64,000 nucleotides of DNA from Vulcanimicrobiota bacterium (GTDB taxonomy: Bacteria > Vulcanimicrobiota > Xenobia > Xenobiales > JADMJV01). The stretch is taken from positions 503,659 to 567,658 of the forward strand of contig JBFWNU010000002.1 in NCBI GenBank assembly GCA_050250895.1, given 5' to 3'. The notes below the pieces were generated by a model. The model had not been told where the DNA came from and made no database searches. It worked only from the letters and a program-made list of their open reading frames with translations. A program made the translations under genes and the position numbers. Of the stretch, positions 47,469-56,726 are shown in pieces (positions within the stretch are counted from its first letter, which is position 1; each line of letters begins with the position of its first letter).

Positions 47469-47960
47469 CCAACTGGAAGACGGGCTTCGCAGGCCCACCC
47501 CGGCCAGCCCGAGGGCCGCGACCCGCCGGGCAAGACCAGCCAGGTGCCGACGACGGTCGCGGCGTCTGCAAGACGGCCCCGCCCCTTGCCAGCGGCGCCG
47601 GGCTCACCCGCCGCGCCGAGTCCTTCCAGCTGGAAGACGGGCTTCGCCAGCCCACCCCACCCAGGCCCGGTAATTCGGCAGCACCCACTGACGAGTTCGG
47701 CGTACCACGCTGCCGAGTGCCAATCCGCGAGCCCGCTCGCGGAGTCGCCGAGTCCACGCGACTCGCCAGCCCCGAGTACTTCCAGCTGGGGGCCCAACTC
47801 GCCGAGCCCGCCACCCGCCGAGAACACCAAGACAGGGCTCGCCTCGCGGCGCCGACTACTTCCAGCTGGAAGACGGGATACGTCAGGCCCGCCTCCCAGG
47901 CCCGACAGATTCGGCAGCCCACACTGCCGAATTCGGCGTGCCATGCTGCCAAATGGCCTA
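47469..47960 (+). repeat. composite repeat array upstream of the HNH gene
   Basis: TTCCAGCTGGAA at 47624 and 47860, variants at 47469 and 47780; TTCGGCGT(A/G)CCA(C/T)GCTGCC at 47696 and 47932. Confidence 0.88.
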
Positions 47961-48067
47961 CCCGTCGCCCCTCGCCAAGACCCGCCAAGCCCCCCGGGCT
48001 CGCCGAGGCCACAAAAGCTCGCCGAGGCAAGAGCTCGCCGAGCCCATCGGACTCACCGCGCCCACGG

Positions 48068-49003
48068 TTAGCGCAGTGAGGCGGCTAGCGCCTCGAGGAG
48101 AGCGGGGGCGGTGGGGCGGGCGGGACGGGGGGTGAGGCAGAGTAGCTCGAGGTAGCTATCGGCCCAGGGCAGGGAGCGGACGGCGCCGCCCCATTCCTGG
48201 CCCTGCCAGAGGAACTCGGCCTGAGCGCCTTCTTGCCAGAACAGTTCGTCGGCGAGGTCTTCGAGGCGACGGGGCGAAGCGGTGCGGCGTAGCGCTAGCA
48301 GGGTTCGCCAGCCGCCGAAGGTCGGACGGGCATAGCAGTTCTCCAGGGGTGAGTCGGGCAGGGGCGAGAAGCCCTCGGGGATGGTGGCCATGAAGGCGCC
48401 GGAGTGGATGCCGCCGGTGGCGGGAGGGCAGAGCTGGAAGGCGTCCCGGAAGGTCTTGGGCAGAGCGCGCACCCGACTTAGGGGGTGAGCGGGGCAGACT
48501 TTGTCGTGGACAGCCGCATCGCACGGCTCGTAGAGGGTCGGGCGAGGAGGGTAGAGCCAGTGCTTCGGACGTTGCCAGAAGCGCGGCGGCGGAGGATAGC
48601 TGAAGCCGTAAGGGTCGGCCGGGGGTCCGGGAGCAGCTACCAGGCGCGAGCGGGGCTGGCTCTTGACTGACTCGGCCGCCATGAACGTGAATTCGAAGTG
48701 ACCTTCGGCCACCGGCACGAGCTGGTGCAGGCGATAGGCCAGGCCGTGCTCGAGGGGGTATTTGATAGCGCCCGCGAGGCCATGAGAAGTCAGTTCGCAG
48801 CTGAGCAGGCCTCCTCCCAGGGTGGCCGCCAACCAGCGCAGGTCGTGGCGATAGGTGTCCAGCAGGTCGGGAGCCAGCGAAAGGGGGAGCGGACGATAGT
48901 CAACCGCCACTCGGTCGCTGTGGCGGGTGGTCCAGCTGAGGGAAGTGGCCGTCTGCTCGACCGGCCACCAGCCAGGCGGCGCTTTGAAGTCTAGGTGCTT
49001 CAA
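48068..49003 (-). CDS. hypothetical protein
   Basis: 311-aa ORF with a 4-bp overlap to the Clp-like gene; HPLSRVR motif. Confidence 0.7.
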   Translation of the reverse strand: MKHLDFKAPPGWWPVEQTATSLSWTTRHSDRVAVDYRPLPLSLAPDLLDTYRHDLRWLAATLGGGLLSCELTSHGLAGAIKYPLEHGLAYRLHQLVPVAEGHFEFTFMAAESVKSQPRSRLVAAPGPPADPYGFSYPPPPRFWQRPKHWLYPPRPTLYEPCDAAVHDKVCPAHPLSRVRALPKTFRDAFQLCPPATGGIHSGAFMATIPEGFSPLPDSPLENCYARPTFGGWRTLLALRRTASPRRLEDLADELFWQEGAQAEFLWQGQEWGGAVRSLPWADSYLELLCLTPRPARPTAPALLEALAASLR

Positions 49004-51186
49004 AGCGAGATCGTCACCTCCCGGCCGTCATAGTCCAGGCGCAAGGTGGAACCGCGAAGGCCCGGGTGGGTGACCAGAAAGCGGGCCAGCGGCGTAACCA
49101 CCGCCTCTTCCACCAGACGCTGCAGGGGGCGGGCTCCGTAGCGACGGTCGTAGCCCTGGTGGGCCAGAAAGTCGAGCAGGGCCGGCGTATAGCTCAGTCG
49201 CAAGCTGCGGCTGGCCAGTCCCTCGCGAGTGTCCAGGCGAGCCAGTTCGAGCTCGGCGATGTGGCGAACGGTGACAGGCTCGAGGGGGTCGAAGGGAATG
49301 ACCGCGTCGATGCGGTTGAAGAACTCGGGTCGAAAAAAGGCTTTGACCTCGTGCTCAGGGGGAGGCGCCGCTCGATCGGGCGTCAACCCCAGGGCCGGCC
49401 GAGGTGTGCCCAGGTTGCTGGTCATCAAGAGCAGAGCGCTGCGAAAGGTCGTGACCCGGCCCAGGCCATCGAGCAGACGACCTTGATCGAACAAACTCAA
49501 GAGCAGGTCGAAGATTTCCGGGGCGGCTTTTTCGATCTCGTCAAACAAGATCACCGAGAAAGGTTGAGTGCGCAGGCGACGCACCAGCGGTCCGGGCTTC
49601 TGCGAGCTGCCCAGCAAGCGCTCGGCAGCGCCCGGGCCGGAGAACTCGGCCATGTCCAGGCGCAGCAGTCGTTGTTCGTCACCGAAGAAGAAGCGGGCCA
49701 GGGCCTTGGCCATCTCGGTCTTGCCCACTCCCGTGGGTCCCGTGAACAGCAGTACTCCCAACGGGCGTTCAGGGTCGTTGAGGCCCGCTTTGAAGGTCAA
49801 GACCGTCGAGGTGACTCGACGGCAGGCGGCCGGCTGCCCCACCACCTGGGCCTGGAAGGTCTCGAAGACCTCGTCGGGCTCGAGGGTGAGATCATCGCGC
49901 AAGAATACCTCTTGCAGCCCGGTGATGCGCGAGAATTCGTTGACCACTCGAGGTAGGTCAGGGGCGGTGTCCTGGGCCAGCAGGGTGCGGAAGAATTCAG
50001 CGCTCGGTCCGGGAAAGGCCCGGTAGGGAAGGAAGCGCTGGTGAAGCTCGTAGATGGCCGTGACGATCTCGGGATGCACGCTGACGCGAGCACTATCGGC
50101 CATCTGCTGTAGCACGTCCAGAGCTTCCAGCCGGCGAAACTCGGGCATGGGGTGGATCTCGAACAGTTCGGTCAGCCCGGGCATCAGGCGACGGCACACC
50201 TCGAGTTGGGCAGGCGTGCTCTCGGCCACCATTCTAAGTTCACCCCGTTCGAGGTAGGGTCGAAAGAACGAGGCCAGGCTGTAGTCCGTTCCGGAGCTTC
50301 CCACCGTGATCAGGGCTAGCAGGTTGTCGAGGCATAGCCAGCCGTCGCACGCGGTGAGTTCCTCCACCAACCGCTCGCAGCGTTCTTCCCATTGGCCTAG
50401 ATAGCGCATGCCGGCGATGATGCGGGCTGCCCCGGTGTAGTGAAAGCGCGGGCGCCCGCCCCGGCTGCGCCCGATTTTGCGGGCCACTGCGGCAGCCAGA
50501 GTCGTCTTGCCGGCTCCTGGGGGCGCCACCAGCAGCACGTTGCTCTGCCGTTGCGTCAAGGCCGTAACCAGGCTTTCTTGCAGTAGCCTGCGACCATAGG
50601 CTGGGCCGAGCTGGCGACGGTATTCGGGCGAGTCGAGAGGGTCGGCCACCGCCTCTAATTGACCGGCCCTGGCCAACAACGGACCGCTCGAGGCGACCGT
50701 ATTCTTGCTCCGCAAGAAACTCAGCCATAGCTCGTCTGGCGGCAGGTAGGCTCGCAACTGGCGGGGGGTGAGATGGGTCAAGCGCTCACGAACGTAATGA
50801 CGGATCAGTTTTCGCAGCGAGCGCTTTTCTTGGAAGAAGAATTGCAGATTCAACAGGGGCAGCGAGCACAGTCCCAGGCCGGACCGATGGCGCGCGGCCA
50901 CCGCCACCACCGGCACCGGCAACTCCACTGGGTAGGGGTGGAGCCGGCCCTCTTCTTCGAATTCTGGCCGGACTTTGACCTCGAGCCGCAGCAGCTCGGC
51001 CTCGCTCAGGGTCGTGTGAGGGGGCGCCAGGTCCTCGTTCTGGCGCTCGGCCAACTGGCCACGCAGGTGGAGCATGGCCTCCTTTTCGGTCTCTCCCGCT
51101 CCAACCAGGCTGGGGTCCTCGACCAGCATGGCCAGGTGACGTTGCCGGAACTTCCAGACCAGAGTGGGAAACTGCGCGCTCGACAT
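49000..51186 (-). CDS. ClpA/B-like double AAA+ ATPase with atypical N-terminus
   Basis: [45 protein letters not shown]. Confidence 0.9.
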   Translation of the reverse strand: MSSAQFPTLVWKFRQRHLAMLVEDPSLVGAGETEKEAMLHLRGQLAERQNEDLAPPHTTLSEAELLRLEVKVRPEFEEEGRLHPYPVELPVPVVAVAARHRSGLGLCSLPLLNLQFFFQEKRSLRKLIRHYVRERLTHLTPRQLRAYLPPDELWLSFLRSKNTVASSGPLLARAGQLEAVADPLDSPEYRRQLGPAYGRRLLQESLVTALTQRQSNVLLVAPPGAGKTTLAAAVARKIGRSRGGRPRFHYTGAARIIAGMRYLGQWEERCERLVEELTACDGWLCLDNLLALITVGSSGTDYSLASFFRPYLERGELRMVAESTPAQLEVCRRLMPGLTELFEIHPMPEFRRLEALDVLQQMADSARVSVHPEIVTAIYELHQRFLPYRAFPGPSAEFFRTLLAQDTAPDLPRVVNEFSRITGLQEVFLRDDLTLEPDEVFETFQAQVVGQPAACRRVTSTVLTFKAGLNDPERPLGVLLFTGPTGVGKTEMAKALARFFFGDEQRLLRLDMAEFSGPGAAERLLGSSQKPGPLVRRLRTQPFSVILFDEIEKAAPEIFDLLLSLFDQGRLLDGLGRVTTFRSALLLMTSNLGTPRPALGLTPDRAAPPPEHEVKAFFRPEFFNRIDAVIPFDPLEPVTVRHIAELELARLDTREGLASRSLRLSYTPALLDFLAHQGYDRRYGARPLQRLVEEAVVTPLARFLVTHPGLRGSTLRLDYDGREVTISL

Positions 51187-51398
51187 TCGGGGGCATTCTC
51201 ACTCGAGCACGGCTTCTCCCGGGACCTTTCGGTCAAAAAAGTTAACATTGGCGAAACAAAATTGGAGCTCGTTTACAAGCCTTTAAGTTGCAATTCACTT
51301 CTTGTTAACACTCGCGCCCTATGCTGAAAAGGCAGAGGTCGATCCCATGCGTGGCGGCGCGGGTCGACCGGGTCCACAAACGTGAGGAGTGTGCATTG

Positions 51399-52904
51399 AT
51401 GGCCACTGGTATTCATTCTGGCATTCGCAGTAGCAAGACAAACAAGACTGCCCATCCCCCCAAGACTCCCCTGAGCTGGTTGCTCGAACTCGAACCCAGG
51501 TTCAAGAAAGGGCTGTTGCTGTTGCTGGCTCTACTCTTGCTCTCGGGTGTCGCTCTCAAAGGATGGCAACAGGCCCGAAGCCCCAGGCCGCTGTTTCCTT
51601 TCGAACTCTCGGAACAGAGCCAACGCGAAGTCTCGCTCGAGCTGAGCAGGTTCGGCATCACCCACCAGATCGTTCCCGGGCAGGGTGTGGTGGTCGCTCC
51701 TGAGGATCGCGCCCAGGCCAGTTGGAAGCTCTCGCTCGAGGGCCTGCCCAGACTCCACGATCGACCCGCCGAGGCGAGTGGCTATGCCACCAGTGGCGAG
51801 CGAAAGAAGTTGGCCCTCGAGCAATTGCAATGGGATCTGTCGGCGACCTTGCGTCAGATTCCCCAGGTCGTTCAGGCTCGGGTGCAGATCGCCCGCAACG
51901 AGAGCCCGTTCGCGCGTGAGAAGCATCCCACGACCGCCTCGGTCTATGTCGAAACGCAGCCGGGGCAAGACCTCTCTGGCGAGCAGATCCGCGGCATCTT
52001 TCACCTGGTGGCCTTCTCGGTTCCCGACCTCGAACCCGGCAACGTCAGCTTGATGGGTCCCCAGGGTCCTTACGTGCTCGAAACCGAGCCGGAGCGGGTC
52101 AAGAGCGACTTTCAGAAAGAACTCACCGCCGAGACCACCCGTAAGGTGCAGGCTTTGCTCGAGCGCATCGCTCCCGGTCGCAACGCTCTGGTGGTCAACA
52201 TCGAGTTCGATCTTTCCGAAGTCGAGATCAAGCGAAAAGACTATGGCGGGCCGGGCGAATCCAAGGTGGAGGTGCTGCGCAAGGTCCAGCGTGAAAGCGC
52301 CAATCGGACCGGCAATTCTGACGAGCCGGCGACCGCTTTGAGCCACGACGGCAAGAATTGGGAGTATGAGAAGATCGGCGAGGCCACCAAGGTCATGGCC
52401 GACGAGAGTTATATCTGGACCGTTCACAAGATGCCCCGCGTCAAGCGGTTGAGTTGCGCCGTAGCCTTTGATTCGGCCTATCAGGGTCAGAGCGAGCAGC
52501 TCACCCGTCTGGTCAAGGAGGCGGTCGGATTTGACGGTGCTCGCGGCGACGGGATGGCCGTCGAGTTCGTACCCATGCCGATGACTCCCCCCCGGGCTGC
52601 TTTGCCCCCGGTCGAGCCACCGGTGGTGTCCGAGGGTTGGCTGTCGGTGCCCTCGTTGTTGTTGGGCGCGGCTCTGAGCCTGGGGCTGGGGTTGCTGTTC
52701 ATGTTCTGGTCGACGCGCCGGCCTCGGGTCGAGTTCGAACCGACCATCCTCGAATACAACGGGCCGGCCAACCTGCTCGATCTGCTGAGCACCCGCGACG
52801 GCAACGAGACTGAGACCCGCGTCAATCAGGGCGTCGAGGATCTGGCTCGTTCCGAGCCTCAGCAGGTGGCCCGTCTGATTCGTTCCACCTGGCTCGGAAA
52901 CTGA
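51399..52904 (+). CDS. fliF: FliF/YscJ family MS-ring protein
   Basis: N-terminal TM, LSLEGLP, LQWDLSATLRQIPQVVQARVQI, TASVYV, AVGFDGARGD, second TM, PQQVARLIRSTWL; GAGGAG RBS. Confidence 0.82.
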   Translation: MATGIHSGIRSSKTNKTAHPPKTPLSWLLELEPRFKKGLLLLLALLLLSGVALKGWQQARSPRPLFPFELSEQSQREVSLELSRFGITHQIVPGQGVVVAPEDRAQASWKLSLEGLPRLHDRPAEASGYATSGERKKLALEQLQWDLSATLRQIPQVVQARVQIARNESPFAREKHPTTASVYVETQPGQDLSGEQIRGIFHLVAFSVPDLEPGNVSLMGPQGPYVLETEPERVKSDFQKELTAETTRKVQALLERIAPGRNALVVNIEFDLSEVEIKRKDYGGPGESKVEVLRKVQRESANRTGNSDEPATALSHDGKNWEYEKIGEATKVMADESYIWTVHKMPRVKRLSCAVAFDSAYQGQSEQLTRLVKEAVGFDGARGDGMAVEFVPMPMTPPRAALPPVEPPVVSEGWLSVPSLLLGAALSLGLGLLFMFWSTRRPRVEFEPTILEYNGPANLLDLLSTRDGNETETRVNQGVEDLARSEPQQVARLIRSTWLGN

Positions 52905-52914
52905 CCGAGGTCAT
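52901..52914 (+). promoter_or_regulatory. Crp/Fnr-type box
   Basis: CTGACCGAGGTCAT centred 29.5 bp upstream of CATGAT (52937). Confidence 0.6.
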
Positions 52915-52944
52915 TGCGAGCCAGCGCGGCTCACCTCATGATGG

Positions 52945-54129
52945 TTGCATGGGGTGAGCCCGGTGAAACAATTCTACGACGCTTTCTATACTTTCTTTGA
53001 CGGCCTACCGGTGGGGGTTGTATTACTCGATTCCCACTCCAGGATTGTGGCCGTCAATCCGGCCTATCTCGAGCTGTCGGGTTTGTCTCGCGAAGAGGTG
53101 CTCGACCGGCCGTGTGCGGCCGTTCACCACGCCTATCTGTATGGAGAGGCCGAGCAGAGCTGTGGCTGTCGAGCCGGTCAGACCCCTCCCAGTTCGCCTG
53201 TGCTGGCGCTCGATCTTTGTCGCAACAACTGCCCCTTTCGCGACCCGAGCAAGGCCGTGGTCCCGCCGACTCTGATCTGGATGCGTCACGCCGAAGGACC
53301 GCCCAGACCCTACTATCGGACTTACTCACGCTTGGAGGGGGAAGGTTTGCTGCTGTTCCTGCATCCGGTCGAACCGTTGCACGAGTTAGTGATGAAAAGC
53401 CGCGAGGAGTGCTCTCGCCTGAGTATCGAGCTGTCGGCGGCGGCTAATCTGGACCGGCACCTGGTCCCGCCGCGGCGCGACCAGAGCGAGGGATTGGAAT
53501 ACGGGATCTGTTCCTTGCCCTATCGGCCGGTGGGAGGCGACACCGCCGAGGTGATTGCACGCAAGCGAGGTTTGGTGTTTTACGTCGCCGACGTGAGCGG
53601 CAAAAGCCTGCCGGGCGCGGTGGTGCTGCCCTTGCTGCGCCAGTTGTTGCACGAACATCTCGACGGGCCCCAATCGCCTGGCGAAATCATCTCGCGGTGC
53701 AACCAGCAACTCCACCAACTCCTGCCCAGCGATCTCTTCGTGGCCGCTACCTTCCTATTCTTTCAGAACGGGCTGCTCGAGGTGGTCAACGCCGGACAGG
53801 AACCAGTGCTTCTTCGGCGCACCGACGGAAGCTGCCAGCAGCTCGATCTCTCTGGCCCAGTCCTCGGCGTTTTCGAGCAAGCCCGTTTTCCGGCCACTCC
53901 CGTCGAACTCGAGCCGGGCGAGATGGTAGCCACCTGGACCGATGGCTTCGGCGAGGCCCTCGCGGAGGAGGGGCGGTCGCCCCAGAGCCTGCTCGAAGGT
54001 CTGGTTGACCAGACGCTGTCTCTGGCCGTACCCCGCATGGTGGAAGGACTGCATCGTAGTGACGACGCGACTCTGATGGTGGTTCGCAAGCTACCTACTC
54101 ACCCTTCGGCAGCAGCAGCCGAACGGTAG
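52945..54129 (+). CDS. PAS + SpoIIE/PP2C phosphatase
   Basis: PAS (LPVGVVLLD..VNPAY), VGGD, ADVSGK, NAGQ, WTDG, DDAT; start uncertain. Confidence 0.9.
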   Translation: MHGVSPVKQFYDAFYTFFDGLPVGVVLLDSHSRIVAVNPAYLELSGLSREEVLDRPCAAVHHAYLYGEAEQSCGCRAGQTPPSSPVLALDLCRNNCPFRDPSKAVVPPTLIWMRHAEGPPRPYYRTYSRLEGEGLLLFLHPVEPLHELVMKSREECSRLSIELSAAANLDRHLVPPRRDQSEGLEYGICSLPYRPVGGDTAEVIARKRGLVFYVADVSGKSLPGAVVLPLLRQLLHEHLDGPQSPGEIISRCNQQLHQLLPSDLFVAATFLFFQNGLLEVVNAGQEPVLLRRTDGSCQQLDLSGPVLGVFEQARFPATPVELEPGEMVATWTDGFGEALAEEGRSPQSLLEGLVDQTLSLAVPRMVEGLHRSDDATLMVVRKLPTHPSAAAAER

Positions 54130-55975
54130 TTCCGAAGCCCTCTTCCGAGTGCACTTGCAGGTCACCGTTGTGAGCCTCGACCAACCCCATGACCTCGACC
54201 AGACCCAGGCCTCGTCGCGCTTTGCGAGTAGTGAAGAAGGGCTCGAAGGCAAGCTCCCGAGCGGCCGCGTCCATACCGTGCCCGTCGTCCTGAATATCTA
54301 ACACAATTCGACCGTGGACCTGGCTCCAGCCGGTGGTCAGGGTGACCTGACCCTGGCCGTCTACGAAGGCGTCGGCGGCATTGCGGACCAGCTCTTTGAT
54401 GACTTCGAGCAGGGCTGCAGGATCGGCTAGCACCGGCGGTAGACCCACGGCCAGATTCATGACGCAACGAGCCGGCGCGAGCATGGACTCGAGCTCGGGC
54501 AACAGCGAACTCAGGAGTTCGTTGAGGTCCAACGAGCGCGGCTCGACCAGGCCTTCGGCGGCGCTCGATACGAGCTTTCGGCACAGTTCCGTGACCCGCC
54601 CGGCGGCGCTACGGATCTCGGCCACGAGGGCGGGCCGGTCGCTGTCTGGCTGGGAAAGGACGAGCTGGTCGACCCGGGCCAGGATGGTTTGAAGGTGCTT
54701 GTTGAGGATGTGGGCCACCGCTCCGATCAGGCGGCCTTGACCGAGTCGCCGCTCGTTCACCTCGCGGGTCAGGTCCGCTCGCTGATCCAGCAACAGGCGC
54801 AGATTGGTTACGTCGCTGATGAGCACCTGGCGAGCGCCGGTAGGGTCGACCCGCAGGTCGACCAGAGCCAGAAATCCCCTTTCGGTCTCGCCGCGCTGTA
54901 GCCAGATCTCTCGCTCGCCTCCTTCACTCAGAAACGCCTTCAGCTGGGCTTGCTGCTCGAGCCCCGCCAGATCATAGAGCGAGAGGCCCTCGATTTCCTG
55001 GCGTTTGAGACCGAAGAGGCCGCAGGCGGTCAGGTTGGCGCTGGTGACGCGAGCCTCGGCGTCTACGGTCAGGTAGCCGGCCGGGGCATACTCCCAAAGG
55101 TTTCGATAACGGTCCCGTTCATGCTCGAGGGCGAGTTTGGCTTGATGGAGCTCGGTGTTGCGCATCTCGAGCATGACCTTGTGCAGGCGAAGCTCTTTCA
55201 GAGGCTCGCCGGTCTCCTGGTCAGACACCGCTGCCAGGGCCCTTTCCCGTAGCTCGCTCAGATAGCTCGGGCTCAGCTGGCCGCGCTGGGAGAATGGCTC
55301 GAGAAAGCCGGGCGGAGGCCAGGGCAGGTGAATAGCCACGACCGTGCCCTGGCCGGGCCGGCTTTCCAGCTGGCAGCGGCCGCCCAGGAGTTCGGCTCGC
55401 TCAGAAAGGCTGGCCAGACCCAGGTTGGCGCTGCTGGCCTTGACCCGCTCAGGCTCGAATCCGACACCCTGGTCTTCGACCCGCAGCACCAGTTCTCCGG
55501 GCAGGTGACCCAGCCATATCCGAGCTCGATGGATCTGGGCGTGCCGCACCACGTTGTGGACGGCTTCCTGGGTCATGCGGAAGAGATTGCCTTTGAAGAT
55601 GGGAGGCAACTCGGTATCATCGAGCTCGATCTCGAGGTCGAAGGTGACACCGCTATCGGTGCTCATGCGGTCCAGCAGATCCGACAGCATCTCGCCGAGG
55701 CCAAAGTCTTCCAGGCTGGGTGGGCGCAGCTCACCAATTAGACGACGACCTTCCACCACGGCATTCTCCAGGCGCTCCGAGGCCGTGCTCAACAGCCTCG
55801 GGTCGGGTCGGCGGCGAGCCTTGTCGACCAGCAGGCGGGCCCCGATGACGAATTGCAGCAAGCCATCGTGGAGTTCACGCGCCAGCGACAAACGTTCTTG
55901 TTCCTGGGCCTGCAGCAGCCTGTCTACCAGGGTCCTCAGGCGGTCCCTTTCGAGGCGAAGATTGTCGGTTATCAC
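54095..55975 (-). CDS. double histidine kinase: HisKA_3-HATPase, PAS, HisKA-HATPase
   Basis: ERLSLARELHD/QEAVHNVVRHA/DQGVGF and AVAHILN/LVRNAADA/DDGHGM/FEPFFTT. Confidence 0.88.
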   Translation of the reverse strand: MITDNLRLERDRLRTLVDRLLQAQEQERLSLARELHDGLLQFVIGARLLVDKARRRPDPRLLSTASERLENAVVEGRRLIGELRPPSLEDFGLGEMLSDLLDRMSTDSGVTFDLEIELDDTELPPIFKGNLFRMTQEAVHNVVRHAQIHRARIWLGHLPGELVLRVEDQGVGFEPERVKASSANLGLASLSERAELLGGRCQLESRPGQGTVVAIHLPWPPPGFLEPFSQRGQLSPSYLSELRERALAAVSDQETGEPLKELRLHKVMLEMRNTELHQAKLALEHERDRYRNLWEYAPAGYLTVDAEARVTSANLTACGLFGLKRQEIEGLSLYDLAGLEQQAQLKAFLSEGGEREIWLQRGETERGFLALVDLRVDPTGARQVLISDVTNLRLLLDQRADLTREVNERRLGQGRLIGAVAHILNKHLQTILARVDQLVLSQPDSDRPALVAEIRSAAGRVTELCRKLVSSAAEGLVEPRSLDLNELLSSLLPELESMLAPARCVMNLAVGLPPVLADPAALLEVIKELVRNAADAFVDGQGQVTLTTGWSQVHGRIVLDIQDDGHGMDAAARELAFEPFFTTRKARRGLGLVEVMGLVEAHNGDLQVHSEEGFGTTVRLLLPKGE

Positions 55976-56010
55976 GTTGTTCAGTCTAGACCAGGTAGAA
56001 GTTTTTCACT

Positions 56011-56024
56011 ATGACCCGGATCAT
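56011..56024. promoter_or_regulatory. Crp/Fnr-type box serving two divergent promoters
   Basis: ATGACCCGGATCAT with TAGACT 29.5 bp away on both strands (56047 +, 55988 -). Confidence 0.8.
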
Positions 56025-56066
56025 CTCCATGCCTGACAAATTGGGGTAGACTGTGAAAGAGGAACA

Positions 56067-56726
56067 ATGATCGCAGCTACCCATTCTAACCATACGGCTC
56101 TTAGAGTCTTGCTGGTCGACGACCATCCGGTGGTCCGCAACGGCTTGATGTTGACGCTGGCTGACGAGCCAGGTATCGAGATTGCGGGCGCGGTGTCGAC
56201 CGCCGAAGAGGCGCTGCAAATCGCCGGTCAGGAGCGACCGGACGTGGTGGTCATGGATATTCGCTTGCCCGGCCGTAGTGGGCTCGAGGCCGCCCGTGAG
56301 CTGCATCATCGCTATCCGGAGCTCAAGATCGTGATGTTGACGGTGCATGGCGAGCGCATCTATCTCGCCCGCGCGCTGCAGGACGGCGCCGTAGGCTACG
56401 TGCTCAAGGATGCACCCGGCGAGATGATCGTCGAGGCCATCCGGGCCGCGGGTTTGGGCGGCAGTCTGACCCCGACCCACATGTTGCGCGAGCTGGTCAG
56501 TCAGCGAGGCCACCGGGCTCATCCTGAAGGACCGACCCTGACGGCTCGCGAGACGAGCGTGCTACAACTGCTGGCCGAGGGCTTCTCGAATCGCGAGATC
56601 GCCGACCAGATGACGCTGGCCGAGGGAACCATCAAAAAGCACGTGCAGAGTCTGATGAGCAAGCTCGAGGCTCGCAGTCGGGCTCATGTCGCCGCCCGAG
56701 CGGTGCGACTCGGCCTGGTGGATTAG
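56067..56726 (+). CDS. NarL/LuxR family response regulator
   Basis: VLLVDDHPVVR, VVMDIRLPG, GYVLKD, LTARE...GFSNREIA. Confidence 0.96.
   Translation: MIAATHSNHTALRVLLVDDHPVVRNGLMLTLADEPGIEIAGAVSTAEEALQIAGQERPDVVVMDIRLPGRSGLEAARELHHRYPELKIVMLTVHGERIYLARALQDGAVGYVLKDAPGEMIVEAIRAAGLGGSLTPTHMLRELVSQRGHRAHPEGPTLTARETSVLQLLAEGFSNREIADQMTLAEGTIKKHVQSLMSKLEARSRAHVAARAVRLGLVD

Noticed and set aside
47168-47944. 259-aa N-terminal extension of the HNH ORF and other ORFs over the repeats
   Set aside because: They translate GC-rich repeats; a strong GGAGGT RBS supports the start at 47167
45566-47960. HNH-flanking repeats as a canonical CRISPR or TIGR array
   Set aside because: Units are long, composite and irregularly spaced, and no Cas or Nop-domain protein is evident; reported as a distinct repeat system instead
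55363-55372. TTCCAGCTGG copy inside the kinase gene
   Set aside because: Isolated, lacks the companion modules and lies in coding sequence; probably chance
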